Below, one piece after another: positions 10,375 through 20,428 of a DNA stretch of 64,000 bases. Within the stretch, counting starts at the first letter, position 1. Every line of letters starts with the position of its first letter. Source of the DNA: Histomonas meleagridis 2922-C6/04-290x (Eukaryota > Protista > Parabasalia); contig JAANOX010000239.1 of assembly GCA_020184695.1 (NCBI GenBank), positions 31,884 to 95,883 on the forward strand. Reading direction: 5' to 3'. A program made the position numbers and the translations under genes. The notes under the pieces were generated by a model. That model saw nothing but the letters and a program-made list of their open reading frames with translations, was not told the origin of the DNA and did not search any database.

Positions 10375-11559
10375 ATGATTCCCAATCTTGAGCAATATAT
10401 ACAAAAATATCAAAAAATAGAAGACACTTTGCTTGCATTAGAAGAAAGTAACACAGAACAAACAGTTTGTTCAGTTTTAGAATTAATTGGTAATCAATTT
10501 ATCATCTCATATCTACATGATATTATTCATTTGGTTTATTTTTCTTTCGTCAGAAAAGGAGAGAGTCCTAAAGTTTATTTAGATTTTTTAAAATTATTAA
10601 ATAAAAGAGTAGAAGAAAAATTTCAAGTTCATTATAACATTATGAAAGTATTTGCATATTTTCTTTTTACAACAGAAACAAGTTTTGGTAATTATTTTCT
10701 TGAATATATGTTTGAGAATGAATTAGCTGACCCAATTATGTTAAAGAATCAAAAAAGAGCTTATTTTTCTCATAGAGAAATTGATCCAAATTTATATGCA
10801 TATGCAGGTATAAATTTTAACGAATATAAAGATTTAATGAGAAATAATTGGGAACTTCATAAGAAACTTATACATGCTGGGGTTCATTGTTCAAGAATTG
10901 AAAATATAATTCGAAAAGATGAAGTTGAAGAGCTTCAAGAAATTTCATCACAATCTAATTTTAATTTCGATCAAACCTTAACTGGGTGTTATTTCGATAG
11001 ATATTCTTCAATATATAAATATAATGGTTTATCGCTCATTCAAATTGCTGCATTTTTTGGATCAATTAAATGTTTTAAATTTTTATTATTAAATAATTCT
11101 TCATTAGATAATTTAGGAGGATATGCAGTTTTAGGTGGAAATGAAGAAATCATTCATTTATGTGAACAAAATCACGTATCATTTGAAGGTGCTTATAAGG
11201 AAGCAGTTATATTTCATCGAAATGATATATTTAATTATCTTTATGAAAATAAAATTGTTGAATTAAACAATATAACAAATTTAGGAATTGAATGTATTAA
11301 ATATCATAATTATGCAATGTTACCCTTTTTAGAAGAAAAAGGAATGGAAATCAATACATATTATTTTACACAAGAAATATTAAAAAGTGGTAATATTTTT
11401 CTTTTTAAACACTATTTAGAAAAAATTCAAATACCAGATAATATTTTAAAAACTGTAGTATCATCAGGCAATATCGAAATTGTTAAATATGTTTTACAAA
11501 ATAAATATATTCAATCTTACATCAATCAATTCAAATCTAGGAAGACTAATGCTGTTTAA
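10375..11559 (+). CDS. DUF3447-type ankyrin-repeat protein, N-terminal ORF; the coding sequence appears to continue in fragments to 13842
   Basis: LIQIAAFFGSIKCFKFLLLN, AVLGGNEEIIHLCE and FHRNDIFNYL are typical of parabasalid DUF3447/ankyrin proteins. The ORF stops at the first intervening sequence. Confidence 0.85.
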   Translation: MIPNLEQYIQKYQKIEDTLLALEESNTEQTVCSVLELIGNQFIISYLHDIIHLVYFSFVRKGESPKVYLDFLKLLNKRVEEKFQVHYNIMKVFAYFLFTTETSFGNYFLEYMFENELADPIMLKNQKRAYFSHREIDPNLYAYAGINFNEYKDLMRNNWELHKKLIHAGVHCSRIENIIRKDEVEELQEISSQSNFNFDQTLTGCYFDRYSSIYKYNGLSLIQIAAFFGSIKCFKFLLLNNSSLDNLGGYAVLGGNEEIIHLCEQNHVSFEGAYKEAVIFHRNDIFNYLYENKIVELNNITNLGIECIKYHNYAMLPFLEEKGMEINTYYFTQEILKSGNIFLFKHYLEKIQIPDNILKTVVSSGNIEIVKYVLQNKYIQSYINQFKSRKTNAV

Positions 11560-13842
11560 ATATTATTTTTTGTGTTGTTTATGAATTTTTCTAGAAGCAT
11601 TTATTGTTGCATGTCAAAATGGATTTACTGATATATTTAAATTTCTATTAAAACAAGAAGAATTGGAAATTTCTGCTGAAATTTATTTATATATTCTGGA
11701 GTTTGTTTTTTTAATCAGGGATTTTATAAAAATAATTTATATTGATTTAATTTATTTAATACGCTTATTAGTTATGCTTTGCAAAATTACCATTTTGAAA
11801 TCGTTAAATTAATTCTAAAGAAAAATTTATGTGACTTTACTAAAGAACATGTATAACAATTTAATTTGGATTTTATTTCTTTATTTTTACCCCAACAATT
11901 ATATTGGCAACTAGAATTGGATTTGTTGAAATTGTAAAATTAATTCTTGAGCAAAAAGGTGTTGATGTTAACACATATACAGATAATAATTGTTTGATTT
12001 TTTTATCGATTTTTTAATTTTAAAATTTATTTAAATTATTTGAAACAGCACTTTACATAGCATCTAAAAATGGTTTTACTGATATTGTTAAAATACTTCT
12101 TGAGAAACCTGAAATTGATATTAATTTAAAGAATGCTTATTTTTTTTAATCCAAGTTTATTACAATTATAATTAGGAATTTGAATTAATTTTATTTAACA
12201 CCTCTTATGATAGCATGTTTTAGATGTCATGTTGATGTTGTTGAATTACTTCTAAAACAAAAAAATATAGATATTAATTCATGTGATATTTATTTAAAGC
12301 ATATAATATTTGTTTTTATAAAATTTAGTTTAAATATATTGTTTGGGATTTATTTTTATTAATTAGAACAGCATTAATTATGTCGTGCGGAAATACATAT
12401 AAAGAAATCACCAAACAACTTTATTATGAAAAAAGTGTTGATTTAACAGAATTAAAAGTTAATACATTTTGTTCGATATTTATTACTAAAATTTGAAGTT
12501 TTTCAATTGTATATGAAGTTTAATTATTTAAATTAGAATACCCTATATTCAAGAATTTTGGGACAAATATGGTAAAATTGTAAAGATGTTACTTGAGCAT
12601 AAAGAAATTAATATAAATACACAAGATATTTATTTTTGTTTATATAAAGTTCACTTAAAATATTTTGTGTTTCATTTTTATATTTGGATATTTTTCTAAT
12701 GATTTGATACAGCTTTAATTAAATCATGTGAAAATTCTGATAGTAATATATTAAATTTACTTCTTGAATTTAAAGGCATTGATATAAATATTAAAAATGT
12801 TAGTAAAAATATTTTGAAGTTTTATAAAAATGTTTTGGATTACATAAAAATATTTGGAATTTATTTCAATTATGTCGTACTGCAATTATGAATGCAATAG
12901 AAAATGGATATATAGAAATATTCAAAATACTTCTTGAACAAAAAGGAATTGATATTAAAAATGAAGATATTAATTTGATTTTTATCAAGTTTACTTTAAT
13001 AATATGATTTTTTAAAAACATTTTTGGAAATTATTCAAATAATTTAATACAGCACTTATGTTAGCAGCCAAAAATGGTCACGTAGAAATATTCAAAATCC
13101 TTCTTGAACAAAAAAGAATTGATATAAATAGCAAAAATAATTATTAAATTTATATGTTATTTAAATTAATAAATTAATATATCATAAAAATATTTATAAA
13201 TTATTCAAACCATTCGAAACAGCACTAATTTTAGCAACTCAGAATTATCATATAGAAATAGTTAAATTACTTCTTGAACAAGAAGGAATTGATATTAATG
13301 CTAAAGATATTTATTTGTTTTATTTAATATTTATTTTAATAATTTTATATTTCAAAATAATATTTGGAAATTATTTAAATTGTTTCAAACAGCACTTATG
13401 TATGCATCTAATAATGGTCATACAGAAATAGTTAAATTACTTCTTGAACAAGAAGGAATTGATATTAATGCTAAAGATATTTATTTGTTTTATTTAATAT
13501 TTATTTTAATAATTTTATATTTCAAAATAATATTTGGAAATTATTTAAATTGTTTCAAACAGCACTTATGTATGCATCTAATAATGGTCATACAGAAATA
13601 GTTAAATTACTTCTTGAACAAGAAGGAATTGATATTAATGCTAAAGATATTAATATTTTTTGTTTAAAATTAATTTATCTAATTTTATCTTTCATAATAA
13701 CATTTGGAATTTATACAATTTATTTAAAACAGCATTTGATTATGTCAATAAAAATAATGAAATTTATAAATTGTTCGAGCCTCTAAAGGAAAATTTCCAA
13801 CAAAATAAATGGTTTATTCATTTTTTTTTCAAGCTTCATTAA
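11554..13842 (+). repeat. Array of 13 thirty-codon ankyrin modules plus a terminal partial module, separated by 14 AT-rich intervening sequences (mostly a 170-bp period)
   Basis: Modules start at 11594, 11761, 11892, 12045, 12198, 12368, 12538, 12709, 12879, 13049, 13219, 13389 and 13559; the terminal partial starts at 13729. Spacer lengths are 40, 77, 41, 63, 63, 80, 80, 81, 80, 80, 80, 80, 80, 80 nt. Confidence 0.9.
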
Positions 13843-14313
13843 AAATAATTTTTAATGAAAAATAAAAATATCAAGAAATCCATTTTACTTAATAAATTTT
13901 TAAATAACACAAACATTTCATTTCATTACTGAGATTGAACAATGTGAAAAGTTGCTAAAAATATTACGTGATATAAAAAATATGCTTAAATTGTTGTTTT
14001 ATCTTTGGAAAGTGATCATTCCTCAATAAGTGATTAAATCACATTACATGTGAATCTTCTTAATATATAGTTCCAAATAACACAAACACAACATTCTCAT
14101 TTCGAACATATATTTGGGAAATTCCGGAAAAAAAGTATATCCAGAAAAAGTTGATAATTTCCGAAAAAGTATAGTTTTCCCGAAAAAAGCGAGAAATATG
14201 GAAAACCGTTAATAAATTGAAAACTTACCGTTATATGGAAAAAGTCTGAAATATGGAAAGACTCCCTATTATCAAATTAGCGAAATATAAATTTAAAAAT
14301 TCAAAAACAAATT

Positions 14314-15819
14314 TTATTCGTTATGCGATTCATTGACAATTTTCATTTTTTCAGACATAATAAAAGTACTATGTATTTCTTTTGCGAACTCGCAAAGCAA
14401 CACAGCCCTAAGTTCCTTTGTATCCTTTGTCATATCCTTTGGTATTTCGAACAATTCGACGTTTTCATATTTGGCGACGACACTTTTGAACGCATCAGCT
14501 AATTCGTTATTAATCAGATCAGGTGCCACCGACACAATTAGTGAAATAAGTTGTGTCACTGACAATATTTCATTAATTGTTAAATTTTGGAAATCTTTAA
14601 ACAAATTTAAGATATATGAATAAATATTATAATTATTATTTTCATCATTTTTTCGTTGTCCGTACGAAGATATTCGTGTAACGGCATCTTTAGCATACGA
14701 CTCAGTTGATGATGAGCCTTCCGAAATTCCAAGCCATCGTGATGGCAAAAGTGACAATATGTCAAAATTGGATTCACTGGATTTTGCCGGCAGAAGACAG
14801 CTCTGAAGTTTTGGCCATTTCATCATAACTTTGAGGAGCGTAAGTGCTGCGTTACGTTCAAGTTGATTATTTTCTTTTAATGAATTAACTATAAGCGATA
14901 ATATTTCATCGGATTTTATTAGGTTAATCGTTGGATCTATGATGACTGATGACATAAATGTTGATAGAAGAAATGATAAGGCAATGAGTTTCTGACAATT
15001 GTTAAGTTCTTTTAATTGGGAAAATACTGTTTCAATTGGGAATTGTTGAACTAGTAAAAGATATTGATCAACCCATTGAAGAAAGATTGTAAGTGAGCCT
15101 TGGAATTGTATAGTGGCTGCATATCCAAGAATAGATGAAAGGGCATCTGCAATTAATGGATTTAATGTGCTGATAGTGTAATCTATGATTGTTTGCGGAA
15201 CAGGTTCTGTTTTTTCAGGGGGGTTCAAAACGATTACAAATAAAATTTCGCGCGATTTGTTACCAATGTCTGTGAATGTGAGTGAAGCTTTGCAGAAGTA
15301 ATCTATAAGTGGAAAATGTTTGTTTTTGTTCTTATCGAATGTTGACATCATTTCAAATAATATATAATCATAACGACACGTATGCCATACACCAAGGGCA
15401 AACTCACGCGTTTCTTTGGGGCATTTGAAATCAAGATTTTCGAGATGTGTAAGAATATTTGTAACTGGTCGATGAACTCCTGCTTGAACAAGTTGTGAAC
15501 GAGCAGTAGAAACAAAAAAGTGAAAGAAATCTAGAAGTGGAACTATAAATTCTGATGGCGTTTTGCTGTTAACAAAATCTGAAAATTTATACAAGAATGA
15601 TTTTTCGACTAAGTAATCAATAAAAGCAGTGCTATTTTTAGCAGCACACTCATTGATAAGATATGTTTTTATCTGAGATAGATTTCTATTTAATGTTGAT
15701 GCTTCATCAATAGCTGAATTGTTGAGTATTTCTAAAGATGCCTGACAAAGGTGACCAAATTTTTCCATATCATTGCTTGGTCCATTGAACACTCCAATAT
15801 TTTTCAAGAAACCCTTCAT
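14314..15819 (-). CDS. FHIP/FAM160 (RAI16-like) family protein
   Basis: FIDYLVEKSFL...P...LLDFFHFF...VHRPVTNIL matches the RAI16-like N-terminal pattern. C-terminal NEILSVTQLIS and AVLLCEFAKEI match FAM160 C-terminal motifs. Confidence 0.7.
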   Translation of the reverse strand: MKGFLKNIGVFNGPSNDMEKFGHLCQASLEILNNSAIDEASTLNRNLSQIKTYLINECAAKNSTAFIDYLVEKSFLYKFSDFVNSKTPSEFIVPLLDFFHFFVSTARSQLVQAGVHRPVTNILTHLENLDFKCPKETREFALGVWHTCRYDYILFEMMSTFDKNKNKHFPLIDYFCKASLTFTDIGNKSREILFVIVLNPPEKTEPVPQTIIDYTISTLNPLIADALSSILGYAATIQFQGSLTIFLQWVDQYLLLVQQFPIETVFSQLKELNNCQKLIALSFLLSTFMSSVIIDPTINLIKSDEILSLIVNSLKENNQLERNAALTLLKVMMKWPKLQSCLLPAKSSESNFDILSLLPSRWLGISEGSSSTESYAKDAVTRISSYGQRKNDENNNYNIYSYILNLFKDFQNLTINEILSVTQLISLIVSVAPDLINNELADAFKSVVAKYENVELFEIPKDMTKDTKELRAVLLCEFAKEIHSTFIMSEKMKIVNESHNE

Positions 15820-15959
15820 TGAAATGCCACTTTCCTCTTAAGCATTGAAAAATAATTTTCATTTTCTGTTTATGTTTAAGTTATACATTCATTTCAAAAC
15901 TTGATAGAAAAACAGTTTGCTATAATTATATAATAAAAACATTTATTAATAAACAGTTT

Positions 15960-18900
15960 TCATATGTTATCAGATGTTTCTTTTAGCGATTTACAATAAT
16001 TTTCAAGTTCATCAATTTTTGTTTCTAATTCTACAAAATTCGAAATTTTTTCCTTCAATTCTTTTACCATTTTCTTTCTTCTTTCATAATTCTCATTACT
16101 AAATTCTTTGTTGGATTTCATTTCGTTTTCTGTATTATTTACAAGTGAATTCCATTTTTCCAATCTTCTTTCCAAATTGATTTTCTCGGTCATTAACAAA
16201 TTCATTTTTTCCATTTCTTTTTGGTTTAACTTTTCTAATTCCTTTTTCTCTTCAGCAATTTTTTCTTTTAATTCTAAAATATCATTATTAATCAAAGATT
16301 TTCTTTTATTACATTCATCAATTTCTTTTATTATTTTTTCTGTTTCAGGATCATTAACTTTTTCGATTGTTTTTAATTCCATTTCCAAAACGGATTTGAA
16401 CTTCAACATTTCATTAAAATGTAATTTCAAAGTGTTTTCATGATTTATAACATTTTCAAGTTGTTTTTGTTTCGAATAATTCGAATCATTCATATGATTA
16501 AGATCTTTTTCATATTCACGAACTTTCGCTTCATCAATTGAAGTGTTATTTTGTTGATATTTCGATTTTAATTCATTAATTCGATTCTCTTTTAGTGAAT
16601 TATCGAATTTAATTCGTTCGATTTTCTTTTCAATTTCAGAAATTTCGTTTTCAGCTTTCTTAATTTCATAATTTAAATATTTCGTTTCTTCTTTTTCGAT
16701 GTCTTGTTGTGAAAGAATATTTAATTGATATGAAATCGTTTCATTTGTTGTTGTAGTTTGTGATGAATTATTTCTTCTTGATTTCGTTTGTTTTGGTTTT
16801 GTTATTGGAAGAATATCAACGTTATGAATTACTTTAGAAATATGTAATCGCAAATTATTATTTATATGCGAAGATTCTTTCTCAATGATTTTCATTTTAA
16901 GGGAATTTCTAATTTTGGTTTTCTCTGTGATTTCATGTTGAATATTTTCAAGTATGTTTAAAAGTTCTCTTCGTTTTGGAATCAATTTAATTTTTGGAAG
17001 ATGTGAAAAAGATTTTTTATTATTTGAAATCGATTTATAAGAATTTATTTGTTTTGCATTTTTATTTTTTAGTGAATTTTGTGTTAATTTGACTTGTTTT
17101 TGTAATTTGCTTATTGGATTATTTGTTTCATTTTTATTTCGTTTAGATAACAAATTATTTTGTGTAATTTCTTTGGTATTATTTAATGATTTCTCTTTAG
17201 TTGTATCAAAATTCTTTTTGTCTGAACTTTGAGTTTGTTGTTCGCTAACAGAATCTGAATTTTTATCATTATCTTTGGATTCATCGGAATAATCATTTGT
17301 TGGCTTTTCATTAAAAGAATAAGTTTTTGACTTTTGTTGTTCCGCAATTTTTGATAAGTTAATATCATTAAAATGATCATTAGACAAATATTCGATTTTT
17401 TTATTATGTAAATATTTAAAATCATTTGAATCTGATTCAGTTGATGAATAATATGTTTGCTTATCTGATGAAGAATATACATTATCACTTTCATTGCTAC
17501 GCTTTCTATTTTTACTCTTTTTTGGCGTTTTATATAGTTCTAAATTAGGTGTACTAGTAAAAGTATGCAAACGCATTTTGTTGGATGAAAAATTTTTCAC
17601 TTTTGGAAGTTTCATGCTTTTAGATTTAATTTCATTTTTGGTCTCACTATATGAATCATTTTTATTTTTTGGTGTTATATCGAGTTCAGTTGATTTTCTT
17701 GTTTTCTTGTATTTTGATTCGTTTTTAATGTTTTGATAATTATTATCTCTGTTTTTTCTTGAAGTGTTTTGTATTTCAGCGTCAGATTCGCTTGAATAAT
17801 TATTACTTAAATTTTGATGTCTTTTCTTTCTTGGTGTTATGCGCATCTCAGCACCAGAGTCACTTGAATAACTATACTTATGCTTATCTGAAGAAAGTTG
17901 TTTAGATTTTTGATATTTTTTGGGATATGTATCACTATCACTAAAATAATTTTTAGTATTTTTCTTTCTTGGAGTTTTACTTGTTTCTGAATTGTATTCA
18001 CTTGAAGAATCTTGAAACTGTCTTTTAGATTTTGTTGTTGAAACATTTTTGGATTTGATGCGTCTTTTAGTATCGTTTTTATTTTTATCATTATTTCTTT
18101 TCCTAGGAGTTATATTTGATCCTGAATCAAATTCACTCGAAGATTCTTGAATTCGCTTTTTAGTTTTAGTTTTGATATGCTTATTGGTATCACTATTAAT
18201 TTCCGTATTGTATTTGTTAAAATCTCTTTTTATTGTTATTTTATTTGGCTCTGAATCATACTCACTTGATGAATCTTGAATCTGCCTTTTGGTTCTAGTT
18301 GATGAAATATTTTTAGATTTGATATACTTATTGGTATCGCTATTATTTTCAATATTGTATTTGTTAAAATCTCTTTTTATTGTTGTTTTATTTGGCTCTA
18401 AATCATACTCACTTGATGAATCTTGAATCTGCCTTTTGGTTATAGTTGATGAAATATTTTTAGATTTTTTTGTTTCATTGGTTAAATAATTTTTTGTTTT
18501 CGTATTTTTTCTTTGCCTTGAAATTTTACTTGATTCTGAATCATATTCGCTTGAATAATCTTGAATTTTAGTTTTAGAAGATGATCTATTTTTAATTTCG
18601 CCTATATTTTCACTATTGCATTTGCTAAAACTTCTTTTTCTTGGAGTTTTATTTGATTCTGATTCAGTTTCGCTCGTTGAATTTGTTTTTCTGTTTGCAT
18701 ATGGATTTTTCATGGATTTTGTTTTCTTTATATCATTTATAGATCCTTTGTCACCTGTACTATAATTTGTGGAATCTCGAATTTGCTCTTTAGAAGATGA
18801 AATGCTTTTTCCTTCGATATGTTTTCTGGATTTTATATCAATTTCATCATTTTTGTCATTGTAATCGCTTTCATTTCTAAAAATCCTTTTATTTGAATCT

Positions 18901-20150
18901 GAACTATATTCATTTGATGAATTATTTGCTTCTTTATCTGAAACATTTTTCGTTCTTTGGTGTTTCTTTGTTTTTTTAGATTCGTTTAAATGATTATTTC
19001 TTTTATGATATTTTTCAACTGAATCCTTTTGCTTTACATCATAAGAGTCATACGAACTGGATTCTTGCTCAATCTTGTTATTATTATCATCACTTTTATC
19101 ATTTTTAATATTTATGGGTTCAATTTTATTTTTATTACTTTTATAGCAATTATTTTCCTTTGCATTTTCACTAAAATTGTTATCTGATTTATTTTCATAA
19201 TCTCCATCAATTACTACATGATTAATATCATTTATTGATAACTTTTTATTTGTTTTCATTTTGTTTTCGCTTAATATCAATTGTTCGCTTGAATTTATTC
19301 CTCGAGACATAGAATCATTATTTTCATAAGACACTTTTTCTTGAGAATGATAATTCTTATTGACTATTTCTGAATTTTTATTAGAATTAAAGTTTTCATT
19401 TTTATCTTCAAATTCATTTAATTCTTTGATTTCATTTTGTATTGGAACTGATTTCGAAAACTTTTTATTTTTTGATGGAACAATTTGACTTATTTTTTGC
19501 GTTTTAGTCGTATTTACAAAATTATTAGCAGACTTATTTCTGTTATTCGTTTTTAGCAAATGATTATTCATTTCAAGCCACTCAAGCTTTAACATAGAGA
19601 TTTCATTCATTTTTTCTATTTCTTCTCTTAGTTCATCACTTTCCATATTCGTTCCTAATTGGAATAATCTGGATAAAAATTCAATTTGCTGATGCAATTC
19701 TAAATTTTCATAATAAAGGAAAGTTATTTTCTCTTGTATAAGTTGTGTGGCACCATCAATCATGGTAAAATGTGATTTTCCAAGAATGCGTTTAATTTGA
19801 CTAAGATTATTTTTTGCTGTTGTTTTAGCTCTTTGTAACTTACGAAGTTTATGAATTAAAGGAGCTATCTCAGTATCTTTCAAAAGTGCAATTTTGAAAT
19901 GATTTGCTTTTTTTGTAATTTTTTCTGTTTGTTTTTTTGTAGCTTCTATCTCCTTTTTGTTTGAATTTAGTTGCTCCTCAAGTATAGTGATGTCTTGATC
20001 CAACTGGTATAAGTCAATCCCAAGTGCGGTATTATATTTTGAAATATCTTCTAATTTCATTTCTAATTCTTTATTTTGTGCTTCAAGACATTTGTTTTCC
20101 TTTTGTATTTTTTTTAGTTCTATTTCTTTCGTTGTTTTTTCATTTTCCAT
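15960..20150 (-). CDS. Large low-complexity protein (1396 aa) with N- and C-terminal coiled coils and a Ser/Lys/Asn-rich middle
   Basis: Uninterrupted 4.2-kb ORF with heptad-rich termini and recurring QDSSSEYDSE motifs. Confidence 0.75.
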   Translation of the reverse strand: MENEKTTKEIELKKIQKENKCLEAQNKELEMKLEDISKYNTALGIDLYQLDQDITILEEQLNSNKKEIEATKKQTEKITKKANHFKIALLKDTEIAPLIHKLRKLQRAKTTAKNNLSQIKRILGKSHFTMIDGATQLIQEKITFLYYENLELHQQIEFLSRLFQLGTNMESDELREEIEKMNEISMLKLEWLEMNNHLLKTNNRNKSANNFVNTTKTQKISQIVPSKNKKFSKSVPIQNEIKELNEFEDKNENFNSNKNSEIVNKNYHSQEKVSYENNDSMSRGINSSEQLILSENKMKTNKKLSINDINHVVIDGDYENKSDNNFSENAKENNCYKSNKNKIEPINIKNDKSDDNNNKIEQESSSYDSYDVKQKDSVEKYHKRNNHLNESKKTKKHQRTKNVSDKEANNSSNEYSSDSNKRIFRNESDYNDKNDEIDIKSRKHIEGKSISSSKEQIRDSTNYSTGDKGSINDIKKTKSMKNPYANRKTNSTSETESESNKTPRKRSFSKCNSENIGEIKNRSSSKTKIQDYSSEYDSESSKISRQRKNTKTKNYLTNETKKSKNISSTITKRQIQDSSSEYDLEPNKTTIKRDFNKYNIENNSDTNKYIKSKNISSTRTKRQIQDSSSEYDSEPNKITIKRDFNKYNTEINSDTNKHIKTKTKKRIQESSSEFDSGSNITPRKRNNDKNKNDTKRRIKSKNVSTTKSKRQFQDSSSEYNSETSKTPRKKNTKNYFSDSDTYPKKYQKSKQLSSDKHKYSYSSDSGAEMRITPRKKRHQNLSNNYSSESDAEIQNTSRKNRDNNYQNIKNESKYKKTRKSTELDITPKNKNDSYSETKNEIKSKSMKLPKVKNFSSNKMRLHTFTSTPNLELYKTPKKSKNRKRSNESDNVYSSSDKQTYYSSTESDSNDFKYLHNKKIEYLSNDHFNDINLSKIAEQQKSKTYSFNEKPTNDYSDESKDNDKNSDSVSEQQTQSSDKKNFDTTKEKSLNNTKEITQNNLLSKRNKNETNNPISKLQKQVKLTQNSLKNKNAKQINSYKSISNNKKSFSHLPKIKLIPKRRELLNILENIQHEITEKTKIRNSLKMKIIEKESSHINNNLRLHISKVIHNVDILPITKPKQTKSRRNNSSQTTTTNETISYQLNILSQQDIEKEETKYLNYEIKKAENEISEIEKKIERIKFDNSLKENRINELKSKYQQNNTSIDEAKVREYEKDLNHMNDSNYSKQKQLENVINHENTLKLHFNEMLKFKSVLEMELKTIEKVNDPETEKIIKEIDECNKRKSLINNDILELKEKIAEEKKELEKLNQKEMEKMNLLMTEKINLERRLEKWNSLVNNTENEMKSNKEFSNENYERRKKMVKELKEKISNFVELETKIDELENYCKSLKETSDNI
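18130..18470 (-). repeat. 147-bp (49-aa) internal tandem duplication with degenerate flanking copies
   Basis: The unit RQIQDSSSEYD(L/S)EPNK(T/I)TIKRDFNKYN...NSDTNK recurs; matching nucleotide blocks start at 18244 and 18391. Confidence 0.8.
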
Positions 20151-20428
20151 TCATCAAGTATGTTAGGGCACTCCAATATACGTTATAAAATTCTAAATTA
20201 GAAATGAAAAAAATATAATTGCAATTTCAACTATAAAATTTTGAGTTTTGATGTATAATGAATTCAATAAGTTGATTCCAAATATGTTTTCATGAATCTG
20301 CTTTATAAGAAAATGTTTAATGAAATTCTAATTATTAAATTAAAATTTATTTTTATCAAATAACTTCATCTTAATTTTGCTAATCACATACAACACATAA
20401 TAATTCAAATTTCATCTTTATATACTTT

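Noticed and set aside
11554-11594. Canonical GT-AG intron (GTTTAA...TTCTAG, 41 nt)
   Set aside because: Removing it puts the next ankyrin module out of frame, and it lacks the trichomonad branch motif.
13374-13380. -1 slippery heptamer T TTA AAT as the general mechanism restoring frame
   Set aside because: It would work for the two identical 80-nt spacers, but many other spacers have early in-frame stops, and readthrough would insert about 26 hydrophobic residues into each hairpin.
11594-13728. CRISPR array or integron
   Set aside because: This is eukaryotic context with no cas or integrase genes; the variable units are ankyrin-coding and the spacers are not identical repeats.
12045-13732. 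ACAG at module starts as a 3' splice site
   Set aside because: It is explained by Thr-Ala codons (ACA GCA), is absent in five modules (ACG CTT, CCA ACA, ACA CCT, ATA CCC, ACT GCA), and no matching in-frame GT donor was found.
14110-14275. Degenerate short repeats (CCGAAAAAG, AAATATGGAAA)
   Set aside because: Too degenerate to define a unit, and no boundaries or TSD are visible.
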